A stretch of 63,054 nt of DNA, counting the filler, from Octopus bimaculoides (taxonomy: Eukaryota), in assembly GCF_001194135.2 (NCBI RefSeq). It is 4 parts of 4 records of this genome, joined end to end, with 100 filler letters (N's around TTAATTAATTAA, not from the genome) between each part and the next. Parts side by side here need not be neighbours in the genome. Positions count along the whole stretch, not along the records: positions 1 to 27,011 come from NC_068998.1; 3 more parts are not named here. The stretch is one strand, 5' to 3'. Positions 1-11,453 of the stretch are shown one piece after another. Below the pieces are notes generated by a model. That model saw only the letters and a list, made by a program, of their open reading frames with translations, had not been told where the DNA came from and did not search any database. Position 1 is the stretch's first letter, and each line of letters starts with the position of its first letter. The position numbers were made by a program, and so were the translations under genes.

Positions 1-382
1 TTATTATTATTATTGTTATTATTTTGAACAAAAATGTTTCGATTAGAGATGAAATGGAAATATTTGTTGTTTTTTGTTTTTTTTATTTATTGGCACTGTG
101 AAATTTCTAAATATTTTCTGACTTAAAAATATACCATTTCATTTTTCATTTTCCTATTTTTTTTTTTTCATTTGTGGGCTGAGGGGACCAGAAACTCCAT
201 TCCTAATTATTTTCATTTTCAATCATTTTAATTATTGTTCTCTTTCTTCTCAGTCTCATTCTCTTTTTATTTATTTATTTATTTATTTTGCTATTAAGAT
301 GTTTTTATTCTCCAAAGCCAACTCACTGTGCAATAACCACATAACAGAAACAAGGAGTTATTCCTATGTATTATTATTTTTC

Positions 383-584
383 AAGCAGGCAGAATCGTTA
401 GAACTCTGAGCATAATGCTTAGCAGTACTTCTGTCTTCATATTCTGAGCTCAAATTTCACTGAGGGCGACTTTGCCTTTCATCCTTTCAGGTTTGATAAA
501 ATAAGTACCAGTTGAACACTGGAATCAATGTAATCAACTTCTTCTCTCCTCTGAAATTGCTGGCCTTGTTCTAAAATTTGAATC

Positions 585-628
<44 letters not shown>

Positions 629-775
629 TGCCGAGGTCGACTTTACCTTTCATCCTTTCAGGGTCGATAAATTGAGTACCAGTGAAACATTGGGGTCAAT
701 GTAACCGACCAGTCTCCCACCCCAAAATTTCAGGACTTGTGCCTATAGTAGAAATGATTATTATTATTATTATCA
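383..775 (+). mobile_element. Two head-to-tail family-A SINE copies (second 5'-truncated) separated by (ATT)n
   Basis: Family-A motifs GGCAGAATCGTTAG, GAGTTCAAAT-like B box and CTTTCATCCTTTCxGGGTCGATAAA...AAGTACCAG. (ATT)n at 586-627 and 757-775. Confidence 0.85.
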
Positions 776-780
776 TTGTT

Positions 781-1272
781 CAACATTTGGTAGTTTCAGG
801 CAAATTTCTACTGCATCCATGTTTCTTGGATGTCTGCAGCATTGTATGTTCTTTTTGTTGTTGGGAGTGCAGACTCTTCCCAGTATCGTATTGTGTCAGT
901 TTCTTTTTTTTATATATATATATATATATATATAAGGTGTGGTGCAGTCTTTTGTTGTATTAGTGTTTGTATTGTGTATTGTGTGTGTAATGCATTGGGT
1001 ATCCAGCCTGCTGGTGATAGCTTACTTCATTGGATACTTGCTGTATAGAGTGTCTTGTGTTTGTGGATCGTTTTGTTTAGGTTATAACACTGAATTGATT
1101 GTGTCTTATGTAGGACATGGTCTGTTCCTAGCAAGACTATTTTGGGGGATTGTGTGTAGTGTTGAGGATCCAGGTGTAGCTTCCACGTTTTTGTTCATAT
1201 GTTTTTTTATCATACCCAATACTCCTATTTTTACTGGTATTGTTTTCACCTTCATGTTCCACATCTTGAATA
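781..1272 (-). mobile_element. R4/Dong-type (RLE endonuclease) non-LTR retrotransposon, 3' end
   Basis: Reverse strand reads KMWNMKVKTIPVKIGVLGMIKK...(frameshift) KIVLLGTDHVLHKTQSIQ, matching the R4/Dong ORF C-terminus pattern (IPxxxGALG ... QKxxLLGTAxILRK), then 3' UTR. (ATT)n on both sides. Confidence 0.7.
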
Positions 1273-1555
1273 CTTATTATTATTATTATCATTTACTAAA
1301 TTGTATTATATAGTGGTACAAGGTAATTCAAAAACTTCTCAATGTTCATCTTGTCTTGCCCTTTCTCTCACCCTTCTTCATATCTGACTTCTTCACCACA
1401 GCCATCACTTGCCTCTTCTTTGAATTCATTATTCCTCAGGCTCCAGTCCTCCCCTTTATTGAATGCCTCAACTCAGAGATTCCAGGATAGGTCGCCTTCT
1501 GCTCAAAAAGAGTAGCAGCCAAGTTACTGGAATCCATGTTATTAACTAAGCCCCT

Positions 1556-2203
1556 CCCTTCAAATTCCAGTGAGGTTGGCTCTGCATTTCATCCATCTTG
1601 GATTTGATGAAATAAGTACCAGTTGAGCACAGAGCTCAATGTAAGCAACTTAATCCCTTCCCCCAAATTTGGTGCCTTGTGCTTCCATTAGAAAGAATTA
1701 TTATTATTATTATTATTATTAAGGTGGTGAGCTGGCAGAATGGTTAGCACACCGGGCAAAATGCTTTGCGGCGTTTTGTCTGTCTTTACATTCTGAGTTC
1801 AAATTCTGCTGAGGTCAGCTTTGTCTTTCATCCTTTTGGGGTCGATAAATTAAGTGCCAGTCAAGTACTGAGGTTGATGTGATCGACTATCCACCTCCCT
1901 ACAAATTCCAACCCTTGTGCCTATAGTAGAAAGGATTATTACTATTATTATTAAGGTAGCAATCTGGCAGAATCGTTAGCACGCTGGGCGAAATGCTTAG
2001 CAATATTTTGCCCATTGCTATGTTCTGAGTTCAAATTTTGCCAAAGTTGACTTTGCCTTTCATCCATTCAGGATCAATAAATTAAGTACCAGTGAAACAC
2101 TGGAGTCAATGTAACTGACTTATCCCCTCCCCTCTAAAATGGCTGCCCTTGTGGAAAAATTTGAAACCATTATTATTATCATTATTATTATTATTATTAT
2201 TAT
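1556..2203 (+). mobile_element. Three tandem family-A SINE copies (~1556-1697, 1721-1935, 1953-2170) with (ATT)n spacers
   Basis: Repeated AAGGTGGTGAGCTGGCAGAA heads, GAGTTCAAAT box and GTGCCTATAGTAGAAAGGATTATT tail. Confidence 0.85.
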
Positions 2204-4005
2204 TTGTTTTTATCATTTATAGATTTTGAAAATTACATTTTAGGTTTGTGTGTTGTGTATTTGCAATATAAATTTAAACTGAAAATTTGAACAGCTTCTT
2301 TCTTATGAAAAGTTTCTTTAGCTGGTCTATGCTCAAATATACTCTTTCCCCAACTCTTTCTCTCATGTTTGTGTTTTCGTGTGTATGTGCGCCTCTCACT
2401 CTATCTCATGTATATATATATATATATATAGAGAGAGAGATAGATAGATTTGTAGTTTTTCCACATCTATCAATTTCCTTTCACACACACACAGATACAC
2501 ACATGAATAATATCAATTTCCATCAAGGTTTTGTTTCTTCTTTCCATTTTCTTTTTTTTTTTCTTCCACAAATGGTGAAATAATCGGAACCTAAAATAAA
2601 TAATAGTTCCATTCTATCCAAATTCGTTCCANNNNNNNNNNNNNNNNNNNNNNNNNNNNNNNNNNNNNNNNNNNNNNNNNNNNNNNNNNNNNNNNNNNNN
2701 NNNNNNNNNNNNNNNNNNNNNNNNNNNNNNNNNNNNNNNNNNNNNNNNNNNNNNNNNNNNNNNNNNNNNNNNNNNNNNNNNNNNNNNNNNNNNNNNNNNN
2801 NNNNNNNNNNNNNNNNNNNNNNNNNNNNNNNNNNNNNNNNNNNNNNNNNNNNNNNNNNNNNNNNNNNNNNNNNNNNNNNNNNNNNNNNNNNNNNNNNNNN
2901 NNNNNNNNNNNNNNNNNNNNNNNNNNNNNNNNNNNNNNNNNNNNNNNNNNNNNNNNNNNNNNNNNNNNNNNNNNNNNNNNNNNNNNNNNNTTCTCTATCA
3001 TGTTTTGGTGTGGTGGAGAAGATATGGAGGAGCCGGAAACTGTAATCGGTAAACAACTGTTCCAAAGTTATTATTTCTGAATTTGAAATCACTGAACAGC
3101 AACTATGGGGAGAATGGCAGGAAAATAATCTGGAGAGTTGCTGAGATTTTCTCAACAAATTTATTCATTATCATCTAACAACTGTCACCCATTATTGATG
3201 ATGATGATGGTGGTGATAGTGATAGTGGTGGTGGTGGTGGTGGTAGGGTTGTTGTTCTCTTCATCATCCATCTCCTTCACTGCAGATTTTTTTTTTTCTC
3301 TGACATAGTTTCTTTATGGTTTGCTTTCCCGAAGCAACTTCTTGTCCAAACACTAAATCTAGGAATCTATTGTCAAGCTCCAGAGAAATTATGATTCTAT
3401 TTACAAACAGTATTCAATGGTAGTGGCTATTGCTGTTAATATTGCTGCTGCTGCTGTTGTTGCTTCACTACCACGAAATTTGTTTTTTCCATTATTTCCT
3501 GATTAAATAAAGCCATTATTGATTGACAAAGATTCACTCAGCATCAAGCTGCAATCACTAGCTCACAGGCACAACGTTTCCTCTCTCTCTCTCTTTCTCC
3601 CCCACCCTTTTCTACCTCTTTTCCTCCCTCCCTTTCTACCTCTTTTACTCCCTCCCTTTCTACCTCTTTTACCATTCCTATATTATCAACCTCTTCTCCA
3701 TCCTGGCCCACAAAATACACTCATCTCTCTCTCTCTCTCTCTACTTATATANNNNNNNNNNNNNNNNNNNNNNNNNNNNNNNNNNNNNNNNNNNNNNNNN
3801 NNNNNNNNNNNNNNNNNNNNNNNNNNNNNNNNNNNNNNNNNNNNNNNNNNNNNNNNNNNNNNNNNNNNNNNNNNNNNNNNNNNNNNNNNNNNNNNNNNNN
3901 NNNNNNNNNNNNNNNNNNNNNNNNNNNNNNNNNNNNNNNNNNNNNNNNNNNNNNNNNNNNNNNNNNNNNNNNNNNNNNNNNNNNNNNNNNNNNNNNNNNN
4001 NNNNN

Positions 4006-4058
<53 letters not shown>

Positions 4059-5223
4059 TAGACACAGACAGCTAGATGATAGATAGATAGATAGATAGAT
4101 ATTTTAACTACCCTGCAGCCATTCCTGTTTCTTGTCCTCATGACTGGAATAAATTGTGATACATTACAATGTAGATCAGTCAAACCCACACCAATGTAGA
4201 GAACAAATAATTAAAATGATGATGATGATGATGATGACCCAAGTGATTTAAGTGCATCATTGACCGATGCATTTCTTTCAGAGTTTTCAGCAAACACTAA
4301 CATAAATATCTCCACATTAATAAAGCCGTAGATATACAAAAGAAAAGATTGTTATTGTTGTAGGAAACTGCACTGGGTGTTTTAATATCTTTCCTAGTTT
4401 GTCAGTTTGCCTTTCTGACTCACAAAACCTCAGACAGACAATTCATACATAAGTTCAAACTATAACAACATATAATGTTTTATTTATTTAGTTGAATATA
4501 GAGTCATCTTCTTTCCACTCTCCTGCTCTCCATTTCCCCCCCAAATCTATTTTCATATCTTTAAGGATCAAGCCCCCTTCGTACAATAACATTCAGAACA
4601 TGATTTATCCATTCCATCCATGATTGTTTGCGAAAATTCCAGAAATGACAATGTTATTGCTGTATTTTTCGTTCTCAGTCCCAGCTTTCTTCTGACATTT
4701 CCATTAACTGGGGTGAAGATGGCAGAACACTATGTGTGTGTGTGTGTGTGTGCATGTGCGTGTAGTCATGGAAAGGATGAGTTTCTTAAAGGATACTGAA
4801 GCTGATGTGATGAGATCGGGGTAAGGTGATGGGGTAGGCTACTGTCAGCGCACATGGATGTGGTATGGACAGTGTCATTTATCTAGCTTCAGAGTTAACC
4901 GAAAAAAAGAAAAAGAAAGTGATATGTATTTGTTTGTTGATGTAGTGCTGTCTGTCTGTATGTGTCTTACTGTAAATTTGTTTGTATGAGTATTGGTGTA
5001 GTTCTGTTTTAATGTGTTGATATATCTGTGTGTGTTTCAGTTTGTGTTGCTGTCCATGTTATGTCTTATGTTGTATGTATATATATATATTTATTTATTT
5101 ATTTATGCAGACGCACGTAGATGCATACACATATCAATATACACACACACACACACATACATACATATATATATGCACACACATTGTTCTTTTTTTTGTG
5201 TGTACGTTACTATTGTGCTATTT

Positions 5224-5264
<41 letters not shown>

Positions 5265-5407
5265 GATATATCAAACAACCTACCAAAGATTTATCGTTTT
5301 AATATTTTATGAATTTAATATTTTCTTTGTATTCTGATATCAGATTTTACTTAACCACAATTTTTATTTATTCCCTCATTTATATTTAATCTTTTTGTTG
5401 ATATAAG

Positions 5408-6538
5408 GCTGAAGAAGAACAAATAATTGTTGAACAATCTGAAGCCGTCGAGACTGTTAGAAAACTGGATGTTAATTTAGACGACAATGATGATGGGAAG
5501 GAAGTAAATGTCAACTTAGCTGATGCTGAGACCATCATGAGTAATGATGAAGATAGCAAAGAAACAGCTGAAGATGGCAGTAAGCCTGGTGATTTTGAAG
5601 AGGATGCAGAAAAAAGTTTTCCAGTGGGAGAAAACGAGGCAATTTTGAAGTCAGAAGTATGTGAGACAGTAAACAGAAGCTTGACTGAAAACAAACATTT
5701 TGATGATAGATCTGATAGAAGTGAAGATGATTGTGTAGAAGAAGGATCTGATAGAGCCTTACACGATAGTACTGTAGTAGGATCTGATAGAGCTGAAGAT
5801 GATAGTATAGTAGAGGTGTCTGATAGGTCTATAGATGATAGTATAGGGGAGAGGTGTGATAATGTTTCAAATGATGAAATAGTTGAGGAGCATGATAGAA
5901 CTAGAAACGAGAATACAGTGGAGGGATACAATAATGCTATAGAAGAGTATTTAGTAGATAAATCTGATAGTGATGCAGACAACTGTACAATGGAAGTGTC
6001 TGGTGAGAATTTTAATGATAGAACTGTAGAAGGGTCTTTTAGTGATGTCAATGACACTAGAGGAGAGATAGACCTTAGAGAAGAGAGATTTGACGGAGCT
6101 ATGGTAGACAGTGAAGAAGAAGCACCAGATAGAGAACTGGGTGAGAATACAATAGAGGAGGAGACTGGTAGAACTTCAGATTATGAAAAAGCCAAAGAAT
6201 CTAGTGATTCTGAAAAGGAAACACTGGACAAAGTAGGGTCTTCAGAAAATGAAGATGAAGTAGCTGCAACGTTTAAGGGAAAGGAGACTGGGGATACTGA
6301 CGTGGATCTGTCTGATGGGGAAGACTCTAGAGAACATGGTCAGATTGATAATGAAGAATGTGTAGAAGGGGTGAAGTTTGTGCCTCTTGAACATGACCAG
6401 GCAGAAAACTATACCACTGCTGCTTCTGAAGATGGGGACACGTCTACAAAAACAGGAGACACCATACTTTTTGAAGAAGAATCTGTCAAGGCAAATGAAA
6501 GTATTATTACCAAGGAAGAATTCTCTGACGGAGACTCT
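5408..6538 (+). CDS. Large internal exon (377 codons, phase 0-0) of a highly acidic D/E-rich protein of unknown family
   Basis: The frame of ORF 5537-6571 stays open upstream to the acceptor ttttgttgatataAG|GCT GAA GAA GAA (exon start 5408) and reaches a perfect donor TCT|GTGAGT at 6539. Sequence is purine-rich and D/E-rich (AEEEQIIVEQ...EEFSDGDS) and contains a 12-aa tandem repeat. The 5' exons were not identified. Confidence 0.8.
5711..6034 (+). repeat. Coding 36-nt (12-aa) degenerate tandem repeat, nine units
   Basis: SDRSEDDCVEEG/SDRALHDSTVVG/SDRAEDDSIVEV/SDRSIDDSIGER/CDNVSNDEIVEE/HDRTRNENTVEG/YNNAIEEYLVDK/SDSDADNCTMEV/SGENFNDRTVEG. TCTGATAG recurs at 5711, 5747 and 5783. Confidence 0.75.
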
Positions 6539-7969
6539 GTGAGTTATTTGCATGCTAGAATCCCATTCTAGGTATGTTTGCATCTGTCAGCAAATATCCT
6601 CACAACCCTTTACCATTCTGAGATGTCTCTAAATTGGTAGTTGAACATGCCACCCAGTCTAGCTGTCTTTCTCAATTGGACTTGCTCATTCTGGGTTAAC
6701 AACAATCCTAACGAGTTTAGTCATGCTTGTTACTGTAGTACAACTATCACTCTGACTACTACTGCTGCTGCTGCTACTATGAGAAAAACTACCTCTGCTT
6801 AAATTATTACTACTGCTACTACAACTTCTACTGCAGCTGTTTAAAATACTATTCCTTCACAGGCTATCTTAAGCTTTAACTTTACATTCTTCAATAGAAG
6901 CATGTTTTACTTTTTTAATATTTGGTTCTATCTCTATTTGCATTCTTCAATTATAATTTTGCATTATTTCTGCATTTTATTTCAGCGCCATGCACTGGAA
7001 GGTTCTCGCCAATCTGAATCATCAGCCAGTTACAAATGTTTTCTTTTCACTTGCATTACTAATTTCCAGTTCTTTAATAAGGAAAATGGCATGAATATTA
7101 CAAACTCTCATTATTTTTACTTCGTTAGAAGCTTAATGCTTCACATCAGTGTAGAATATTTTCTTCTTAGATGAAAGTCTCTGCTTGAAGCAGTGGTCCC
7201 ACAACTCATTTCAGCACAAACTGCTTTCGTTTCTTTCCATCCTAGCTCGTGCTGTTTAGGACTGATTTACCGATTCTGCTTACTATCTTCTTGTGAGGAA
7301 ATTAGTTGTAGGTCAGCTCAGATCCAGCAGGCTATCCTGTCTTGCTTTCAGGTATAGTGTACCTACGACTACTAGAGCATGAGTGGGAAGAGATTTGGCT
7401 GCTATTTCTAACATTTTGAGCAATCACTTAGAAGCTTTCTCATTGGCTTGCTTGAGAAATTAGTTTATTACTGGGAAGTTAAAACAACTCACCAGAGAGT
7501 AGCCATCAAGAAATTCCCTTGTAATAAAGCAGAAATTGATTTTTATCTCAATATTTTTTTGGAATAGGTGTCAGAAATTCATTCGTCATTGTCACTGACA
7601 TAAGTGTTGTCGTTAATATTTCACACCCATTTTTTCTTTTTTTCTTCACACTTATCATCTTCTACCTCACACCAGCTGTGGTGTCTACTCCAGAATGGTT
7701 TCCATTATTTGTTGTCCAACTCTGATTATATCTGTCCTCATTACGGTCATGACTGTTTTGCCACATCTGCAATTACTGTGTGCTCCAGCCCAAATGGTGT
7801 GGCCATGCTGGAGCACCTATGTTAATGATATGTAGTATATGTCTTTACTGCTCTCACTCACACTATTTATTCAGTGTGCTCTTTATACAGTGAAAAAATA
7901 AAAACACAATTTTCAATAGGAAACAGTTAAGAAAATTAATATATATGTGTGTGTGTGTGTGTGTATATA

Positions 7970-8165
7970 TTCTTTTACTTGTTTGTCATTTTACTTGGCC
8001 ATGTTGGGACACCACCTTGAAGAGGTTTCAGTAAGACAAATCGACTCCCAGGACTTACATTTTAAAGCCATGTATTTAATCTATTGGTTTCTTTTGCTGA
8101 ACTGCTAAGTTATGGGGACATAAACACACCAACACCGGTTGTCAAGTGCTGGTGGTGGAAAAACA
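7970..8165 (-). mobile_element. Family-B SINE, 3' module
   Basis: Reverse complement of the 28430-28605 module (CTTGACAACCGGTGTTGGTGTGTTTA...GACTGAAACAAGTAAAAGA), running into the internal microsatellite and a gap. Confidence 0.75.
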
Positions 8166-8854
8166 CACACACAATATATATATATATATATATATATAAC
8201 TGAAAGAAGCCCATCATATCTATATACATATATGTATACATATCTATATACATATCTGTGTTTGTGTGTGTCTGTGTANNNNNNNNNNNNNNNNNNNNNN
8301 NNNNNNNNNNNNNNNNNNNNNNNNNNNNNNNNNNNNNNNNNNNNNNNNNNNNNNNNNNNNNNNNNNNNNNNNNNNNNNNNNNNNNNNNNNNNNNNNNNNN
8401 NNNNNNNNNNNNNNNNNNNNNNNNNNNNNNNNNNNNNNNNNNNNNNNNNNNNNNNNNNNNNNNNNNNNNNNNNNNNNNNNNNNNNNNNNNNNNNNNNNNN
8501 NNNNNNNNNNNNNNNNNNNNNNNNNNNNNNNNNNNNNNNNNNNNNNNNNNNNNNNNNNNNNNNNNNNNNNNNNNNNNNNNNNNNNNNNNNNNNNNNNNNN
8601 NNNNNNNNNNNNNNNNNNNNNNNNNNNNTTCTTCTTTTAAGGGCGATATGTATGGAGATACTGTGCGCGCGCGACCGCGACCGCCTGCCTTTTATTGAAT
8701 TACTGATTCTAGCCTCTGTCCGTTTTATGGGTTTTTTTGAATTATTGGATGGGAATGGAAGTGAACTATCCAAAAGTCAAAAAGTAATGAATATCTTAAG
8801 TTATCCACCCAAAAGATTTGCTGACAGACAAGTTTCTTTGTTTGTTATTGCTGT

Positions 8855-9065
8855 TTGACTCCAAACCAGACTTGAGCGAACAGGCTTACGATCTTCAGTA
8901 TTCTAGTTGTGACAGTCCCATTCTTTTTAACTATTATGTATCTAGAATTACATTCATTTAATTCTTTTTTTATTTTTATTTTTAAGACGAAACGATGTGA
9001 TTTGAGAGATATTTGGTCGCTACAACTAGCATGATGGGCGACTACACAAAGGCTCCTTCGTTGTG
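8855..9065 (+). mobile_element. Degenerate copy of dispersed repeat family E
   Basis: Shares GAGATTTGGCTGCTATTTCTAG-like and CAGGTCAGC..GAGCAGxCCTATGATC-like blocks with 7300-7450, 35340-35680 and 38760-38830 (+), and 43480-43760 and 44150-44300 (-). Confidence 0.5.
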
Positions 9066-11080
9066 TATTCTTATCGGCAATGTTGGTGGTGGTGTGTAGG
9101 AGTTACTTCCCTTGAAATCTTATCACTGTTTCTACTTGAATAGTTCTTTGTTTTAAAAGCTGACATATCTTGTCTGGTGTGTTCATGGTGATATGGTCTA
9201 CTTCAAATGGGATTAAATAGACGTTTGGAGACAACTGATAAAATATATAAAAAGAAAGAAAAATAACGAATGTCAGAAACGGTCAAACAAACAAAAAAAG
9301 GATGAAGAAACTAGATTCTAATATATTTTTGGAGGGGAAAAAAAAAAATCATCATTGACTTGATGTGATTGATCCTGGGAGACTCTGGAATAAATACCAC
9401 TGAATAAAACATGTGCTTAGTATGTTTGATCACAGAAGTTAAGGTTACTGACAGTTGTTATTTGTCTATCTCTTTCTACCCAGAAGAGACCTACACATGA
9501 CTTCTGAGAGAAATTTGGCAAAGCAGAACAAGACTACTCTCAATCCACTAAAGAAGGAATGGAGAGTTTCTCTCAAAATTCAAAGATTTTTTTGTTTTAT
9601 TCTTTTGGGGTGGGGGTGCCTTGGCTGGTAGTCACAGACTGCTTTTTTGGCCCTAGACTCTGAACTGATGTATCAGCCTCATCTTATAGGCCCTGGACCA
9701 GTATACATAAGCTGCTGCAGGCACCACTCCAACCTAAGCAGCTTACCCACACAGCCTACATGTCAGGCATGGGCAACCCTTTTCCAAAAGTAGGCTACAT
9801 GTGACATGGCTCATTGTTGAGCAGGCTTCGTTATTTAAAAAAATTCAAGGTAATTTTCCATTAGGCATGCTATTCAGAAAGTCCACCAAGGCTGCAGTTT
9901 GCCTGTGAATGCTATATGTATTCTATTGTCTCTACTACCACCCACACAATCTCTAAGATAGCAGAAATCTGTGGAGAAGAATAAAAATTGCCCTTGAAAT
10001 GTCACAAGTGAAAAACAGTGACCTAATAAGTCTTCTACTATAATTCCATCTACATTAAAGGACACCTTACAGGAATATTAAACCACCCCCATTACATGCC
10101 TGGTATTATATTTTAACCAATGTGGAAAGATTAGAGATGAAGTTGACTTTGACAGAATTTGAAACTGAGAACATAAGTGGCTGTAACTAAAATATTTCAG
10201 ACATTTTGTCTGTTATAAAGATTTTGCTAATCCACTGCCTAAAGACTATAATTATTCAACTGTTATTAGTATAATTATCAATTTCAGCTCAGTTATATCT
10301 TTTCAACTTACATACTCTGATCCATTAATTGAATGTATTAACATTTGATGAGTATTTTATTAGCTTTGTCCTGAAGTCATCTATATACATTATCCGTATG
10401 ACTTCTGTGATGATGTTATGAATATTTAGGGACGCGGATTGGTAGAATTGTTTTAGAGCTTTGTACAAAATACCATGTGATGTTTAGTTACAGCCTTTTA
10501 CATCCTGGGTTCAAATCCTGTCAAGAAAACTCTTTGCCTTTTATCCTTTCCAGATTGATAAAATAAAGTAGGAATCAAGTGATGGGGGTCAATATAATTG
10601 ATTGTACCCTTCCTCAGATTTGGGGTTTATGTCTATGTAAGTAATTAATATTTAGGGTAACAGCGATTGCCATTTGAAAGTTAAATACCAGTTCCATGTA
10701 CTGGTGCAAGACCAAAGGTTTATAGGAATATTGAGTTGATTGAATTGGCCTCTTCAGTATATTACTAGTTCTTAATTCTTGATACTTCTAAGAATAAAAT
10801 GCAAAATTAAGTCCAACAGAATTTTAAAAATAGAATGCAAGGGGATGAAACTAAATACTGAAATTCATCTCAACTAAATGTCTAAATAGTGTGACATTCA
10901 TTGTAGTTTGGTGCGAAACAGTAGTGTTACTATACCCTAGGGTACTCAGAACAAGTATGAATATGGCAGTATCCTAATTAACAATCTCTTGCCTCGGAGT
11001 TATGGCAGAATGGTCTTTTGAAGTAGTGGCATTAATGTCTACTCCATTATAATAACTGTAGCTGTGTGTATGTATGTATA

Positions 11081-11125
<45 letters not shown>

Positions 11126-11135
11126 NNNNNNNNNN

Positions 11136-11290
11136 CTTGGAGTGGTTGGCGTTAGGAAGGGCATCCAGCTGTAGAAACACTGCCAAATCAGATTGGAGCC
11201 TGGTGTAGCCATTGGGTTTCACCAGTCCTCAGTCAAATCGTCCAACCCATGCTAGTATGGAAAGCAGACGTTAAATGATGATGATGATGT
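11136..11290 (+). mobile_element. Family-C SINE-like 3' part with (GAT)n tail
   Basis: GAGTGGTTGGCGTTAGGAAGGGCATCCAGCTGTAGAAAC...GGAAAGCAGACGTTAAATGATGATGATG. Related copies at 25140-25370 (+), 25920-26085 (-) and 24715-24800 (+). Confidence 0.75.
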
Positions 11291-11300
11291 ATATATATAG

Positions 11301-11453
11301 TTGCAAAGATGTAGGACAAACTTAAAAAGAAGCGACTGTTCCTACACAGAATTACTACCTACTGGCTGGAATTGGTTACCAAGTGAAGTTGTCAAGTCGA
11401 CAACAATAAATCAATTTATGAATAGCCATGATAAATATTGGAAAAACAATTAA
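11301..11453 (+). mobile_element. CR1/L2-type LINE ORF2 extreme 3' remnant
   Basis: LQRCRTNLK..RLFLHRITTYW / WNWLPSEVVKSTTINQFMNSHDKYWKNN* resembles the CR1/L2 terminal motif (RxxFFSxRVVxxWNxLPxEVV...xNxFKxxLDKxW). Confidence 0.6.

Noticed and set aside
1556-2203. Regular repeat/spacer layout reminiscent of a CRISPR array
   Set aside because: The units are ~200-bp tRNA-derived SINEs separated by microsatellite in a eukaryote, and there are no cas genes.
2991-3041. Acidic snippet CGGEDMEEPET|GTAATC as an upstream exon
   Set aside because: The acceptor is hidden in a gap, the stretch is short, and nearby frames close quickly.
3606-3670. Three copies of a 24-nt CT-rich unit (also a 20-nt duplication at ~44455-44490)
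   Set aside because: Ordinary slippage duplications in low-complexity DNA.
4679-4733. Possible start exon gaagATG GCA GAA CAC TAT|GTGTGT in phase with 5408
   Set aside because: The donor is the start of a (GT)n microsatellite, so a chance match is likely. Needs transcript data.
5386-6057. 223-aa Ser/Leu-rich antisense ORF (also 6242-6583)
   Set aside because: Shadow of the GAN-rich sense exon, whose complement rarely forms stops. No independent signal.
8660-8690. Tiny CpG cluster GCGCGCGCGACCGCGACCGCC
   Set aside because: About 25 nt next to a gap and a family-B SINE; probably degenerate microsatellite or element edge.
9765-9810. hAT-like terminus CAGGCATGGGCAACC
   Set aside because: No matching right end or 8-bp TSD found nearby; too short to call.
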